From contig JBHLRO010000033.1 of assembly GCA_048882505.1 (NCBI GenBank), positions 1-30,616 on the forward strand: 30,616 nucleotides of DNA, given 5' to 3'. This document shows, piece by piece, positions 28,079 to 30,616 of the stretch (positions are counted from its first letter, which is position 1; every line of letters starts with the position of its first letter). A model generated the notes under the pieces. The model was not told the origin of the DNA, did no database searches, and saw nothing but the letters and a program-made list of their open reading frames with translations. The DNA comes from Candidatus Thorarchaeota archaeon. GTDB lineage: Archaea > Asgardarchaeota > Heimdallarchaeia > Hodarchaeales > Hodarchaeaceae. The translations under genes were made by a program, and so were the position numbers.

Positions 28079-29572
28079 TTATCCCTTAGCAATATCAGCA
28101 AAGGCCTCCTTTTCGAGATCTTCATTGAACATGGCTCTACCGACGTCCCCACGAAGTCGTCTTACATCTCTTATGCCCATCGCGGATAGGATCTCTATAA
28201 GCTGGTCATGCCACGACGCCATTAGGTTTATCAGGCGTTGGGTACCCCATTCAACAGGAAAAACCTCTTTCTGGACGCGTCCCGTTTCTCCTGTTGAACA
28301 TTCCCCCTTAAATTCACACTGCAAAGCGACCAAAACAGATGTATCTATGGCTACCAGATCCGCTCCACACACTATCGCTTTAGGAACATGTTCCGCGAGG
28401 ATGATTCCACCACTGCCGATAATGGTTATCTCATCCCTCAATCCCTCCGTAATTAAGTCTAGATGAACACTTCTGAGCAAATCCTTTATAAATAGCGGAT
28501 TAGGGCTCCTGAACTGGTTCCCGTGATAATTGGCGTACAGATGTAACGAATCTATACCTCTTCTGGCAAGATCAATTGCCTTCGCAGAAGTTAAATTTTG
28601 TTTTTCAAAAGGAACTCTTACAATGATTAATAACCGATCATATGAGGATCTAAGTTCTTCATAATTCCATGAGGGGTGGAAATCCAGTTCAACAACATGA
28701 AAACCTTCCAGATCAAGAGATTCAGTTTGACCAAAGTCTTCATACTTTATCAGGGGAATAAAAGGGGATCTTAACGATTTTTCTTCTCCAATAGGATTGG
28801 GAGTATGTTTGATAAACAAAGTTCCAATACGTTTGCTTGTTTCAGCAATACTTTCCTGGACCGATTGCATATTAAGATTTGGGGGCAAATGATCAAAGAT
28901 AATTGGCAAAGGGACTGATAATGTCTTCGATGGATTGATGATTCTTCCATGTTTGAGCTTCAGGTAAGGAGGTTTTCTTCCAAGGTCTACCAACGTAGAA
29001 ATATACTCTCGTCCATGAACTCCGTCTCTGGTGGGACGTACAATCTCAGACATATCAGTCCACATGCTATCCCACCCAACTCCCACAAAACTTCCCTTAT
29101 AGCCCATCCCTTTAATCGGAATTTTGCCTGTTTCTGCTTCATAATTTATCGTTGCTATCGGGCTAATTGATAATCTTTCGGGATCCTCTCCACTCCAGTA
29201 CGAATCAGCAAAGGAAGCATAGGCCTTGTTGCGTTCCACTTTGCAAAAGCTTGGAAATTCCTGGACGCAGCGATAACAGCCTGTACATAACTCTTTTCGT
29301 GGTGAAAATCCACCTAGATGGCCGTCAAAAACCCCATAAATGCAAGGTCTGCTTAAAAGCGATGATCTGTACTCTTTCTTAAACACCAGTTTTATGTTAT
29401 AGTGTAGAGCTTCTTTAATCAACATCTTGGCCAATCCCGTTTTTTTCACATGTGGGATAAACGGATGGGGTTGTTTTTTGCGCGAAGGCGATAAAGCTGG
29501 CTCAAGATGTATTCTTGCGTCAGTTCTTGATGTTTCAACCTCAGTAAGTTCTGAACGCTGTTCTAATAACAC
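28079..29572 (-). CDS. Glutamate synthase-related FMN-barrel paralogue with N-terminal ferredoxin-like Cys motif
   Basis: PCIYGVF..CTGCYRCVQE, WDSMWTDMSEIVRPTRDG, GSGGIILAEHVPKAIVCGADLV, ILSAMGIRDVRRLRG. Confidence 0.85.
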   Translation of the reverse strand: MLLEQRSELTEVETSRTDARIHLEPALSPSRKKQPHPFIPHVKKTGLAKMLIKEALHYNIKLVFKKEYRSSLLSRPCIYGVFDGHLGGFSPRKELCTGCYRCVQEFPSFCKVERNKAYASFADSYWSGEDPERLSISPIATINYEAETGKIPIKGMGYKGSFVGVGWDSMWTDMSEIVRPTRDGVHGREYISTLVDLGRKPPYLKLKHGRIINPSKTLSVPLPIIFDHLPPNLNMQSVQESIAETSKRIGTLFIKHTPNPIGEEKSLRSPFIPLIKYEDFGQTESLDLEGFHVVELDFHPSWNYEELRSSYDRLLIIVRVPFEKQNLTSAKAIDLARRGIDSLHLYANYHGNQFRSPNPLFIKDLLRSVHLDLITEGLRDEITIIGSGGIILAEHVPKAIVCGADLVAIDTSVLVALQCEFKGECSTGETGRVQKEVFPVEWGTQRLINLMASWHDQLIEILSAMGIRDVRRLRGDVGRAMFNEDLEKEAFADIAKG

Positions 29573-29908
29573 TTTAAAGCACTCTGGAACAAATAATAAT
29601 AGTTTGGTTTTTTCTATAAAGAATTTAAAAAGTTGACTTATCGATATGAGTCGAAGCCAAATCTTTGATAATTCTACCTTTTTATTGGAAAATTGAACGA
29701 ATATTTGTCGTTCTCTTACTTTTTCTGAACCTAGCCTTGGCTAGATTCTCCTCATACTCTCCCTTCTTGTCCAAAAACAAAGAATTCAATGAATAAATTA
29801 GAAAAACCGTTACTAGCGCGTATTAGAGTGGATCTCATATTCTGTGAAAGCCATGTGTAGTCGAGCTTCCTTCTCAAACTAGCCTAGCTATATAAAGTTC
29901 TCGAAAAC

Positions 29909-30388
29909 CTAGTTCCTTGGCGGTTTATAAGATTTTTGGGAAACGCGAGACATAAGAAGATGATCAAACCACGGCGGTAATGTTACTTCTTCTACTCGGT
30001 CTCCATTAGGTAGATATGGCTTGAGATCCAAAATAGGAGTCTCGTCATAAGCATCGATTGAATCGATATAGACTAGATTATCGACTATACGTAAGATCTT
30101 AACCAATGTTATACCTATAGGATTGGGCCTGTTAGGAGACCGTGTCGCAAATATTCCCATCTCTTGGGGATCATGATGTTGTTTTGTTACACGCGGAATA
30201 ACTTTCAAGACGCTTCGTGCGTTTGGGGTGTCCCTTCCGTGAATCCACCAAAGAACAAACACATGTGATACCATGTCCAAACGAAATAATCCCGACTTAT
30301 ATTCTGGGAAGATTTCTAGAAAAGCTTGGTCTTTTGTATGCCGGATTTTGCCAACGGGATGGACTTTAAACGTAAGTATATCAGCCAT
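29909..30388 (-). CDS. tsaA: tRNA m6t6A37 methyltransferase TrmO/TsaA family (SAM-binding beta-barrel)
   Basis: HPVGKIR, GIFATRSPNRPNPIG, IDAYDETPILDLKPY. Confidence 0.92.
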   Translation of the reverse strand: MADILTFKVHPVGKIRHTKDQAFLEIFPEYKSGLFRLDMVSHVFVLWWIHGRDTPNARSVLKVIPRVTKQHHDPQEMGIFATRSPNRPNPIGITLVKILRIVDNLVYIDSIDAYDETPILDLKPYLPNGDRVEEVTLPPWFDHLLMSRVSQKSYKPPRN

Positions 30389-30539
30389 CTATCCGTATCT
30401 CCTCATGACGCGAAAGATGAATTGGTTTTATCACAAACTTGTATGTATTGCTTTTTGCCTTAACGTCAGTTCATAGATTTTTTACCTTTCCCCTCACGAG
30501 TTTGGATTAGGTAACGTACAGTAGGGATCCCTTTTGAGG

Positions 30540-30616
30540 TTACATTTCATCTTTTATGAACGGTGTTCCGCAGTCTCCACAGAATTCTGCATCAAAGGTC
30601 AACTTCAAAGCGCCAC
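30540..30616 (-). CDS. 3' fragment of a zinc-ribbon-containing protein (truncated by the window edge)
   Basis: The - strand reads (x)GALKLTFDAEFCGDCGTPFIKDEM*, matching the second half of a CxxCG..AxFCxxCG zinc ribbon. Confidence 0.65.
   Translation of the reverse strand, partial: GALKLTFDAEFCGDCGTPFIKDEM

Noticed and set aside
29673-29820. Small - strand frame with a hydrophobic then basic stretch upstream of the glt operon
   Set aside because: An in-frame stop lies just upstream, only about 35 aa follow a TTG, and there is no SD.

Overview
A gene-dense archaeal window with 24 complete CDSs and one partial CDS. It is very likely from an Asgard archaeon, possibly Heimdallarchaeia/Hodarchaeales-like; this is inferred from the co-occurrence of gelsolin, longin/uDENN-like and Rab-like genes with archaeal CDC48, PAC2 and split GltB genes. 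From left to right: (1) A + strand trio of eukaryotic-signature-like genes: a 1539-aa sequon-rich single-pass surface protein with a cytoplasmic longin-like domain, a longin/uDENN-like coiled-coil protein probably starting at a CTG behind a perfect AGGAGG, and a two-domain gelsolin with a Pro-rich linker and an extra unassigned C-terminal domain. (2) serS. (3) A - strand run: HTH-PRTase regulator, metallophosphoesterase, Rab-like GTPase, Hsp20, CDC48, O-methyltransferase and PAC2-family proteasome chaperone. (4) A complete ECF transporter operon (S, A, A', T) divergent from the HTH-PRTase gene. (5) Histidine phosphatase, an orphan, a second Hsp20, a bacterial-type class I FBP aldolase and a Hef-like helicase with degenerate motifs. 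(6) A three-gene split glutamate synthase with two FMN-barrel paralogues, tsaA/trmO and a zinc-ribbon fragment at the edge. I saw no rRNA, tRNA, CRISPR array or mobile element. The best candidate for an undescribed system is the surface receptor-longin / longin-uDENN / gelsolin trio, perhaps with the nearby Rab-like GTPase, as a membrane-to-actin signalling module. All domain calls come from motif recognition by eye; no searches were run.
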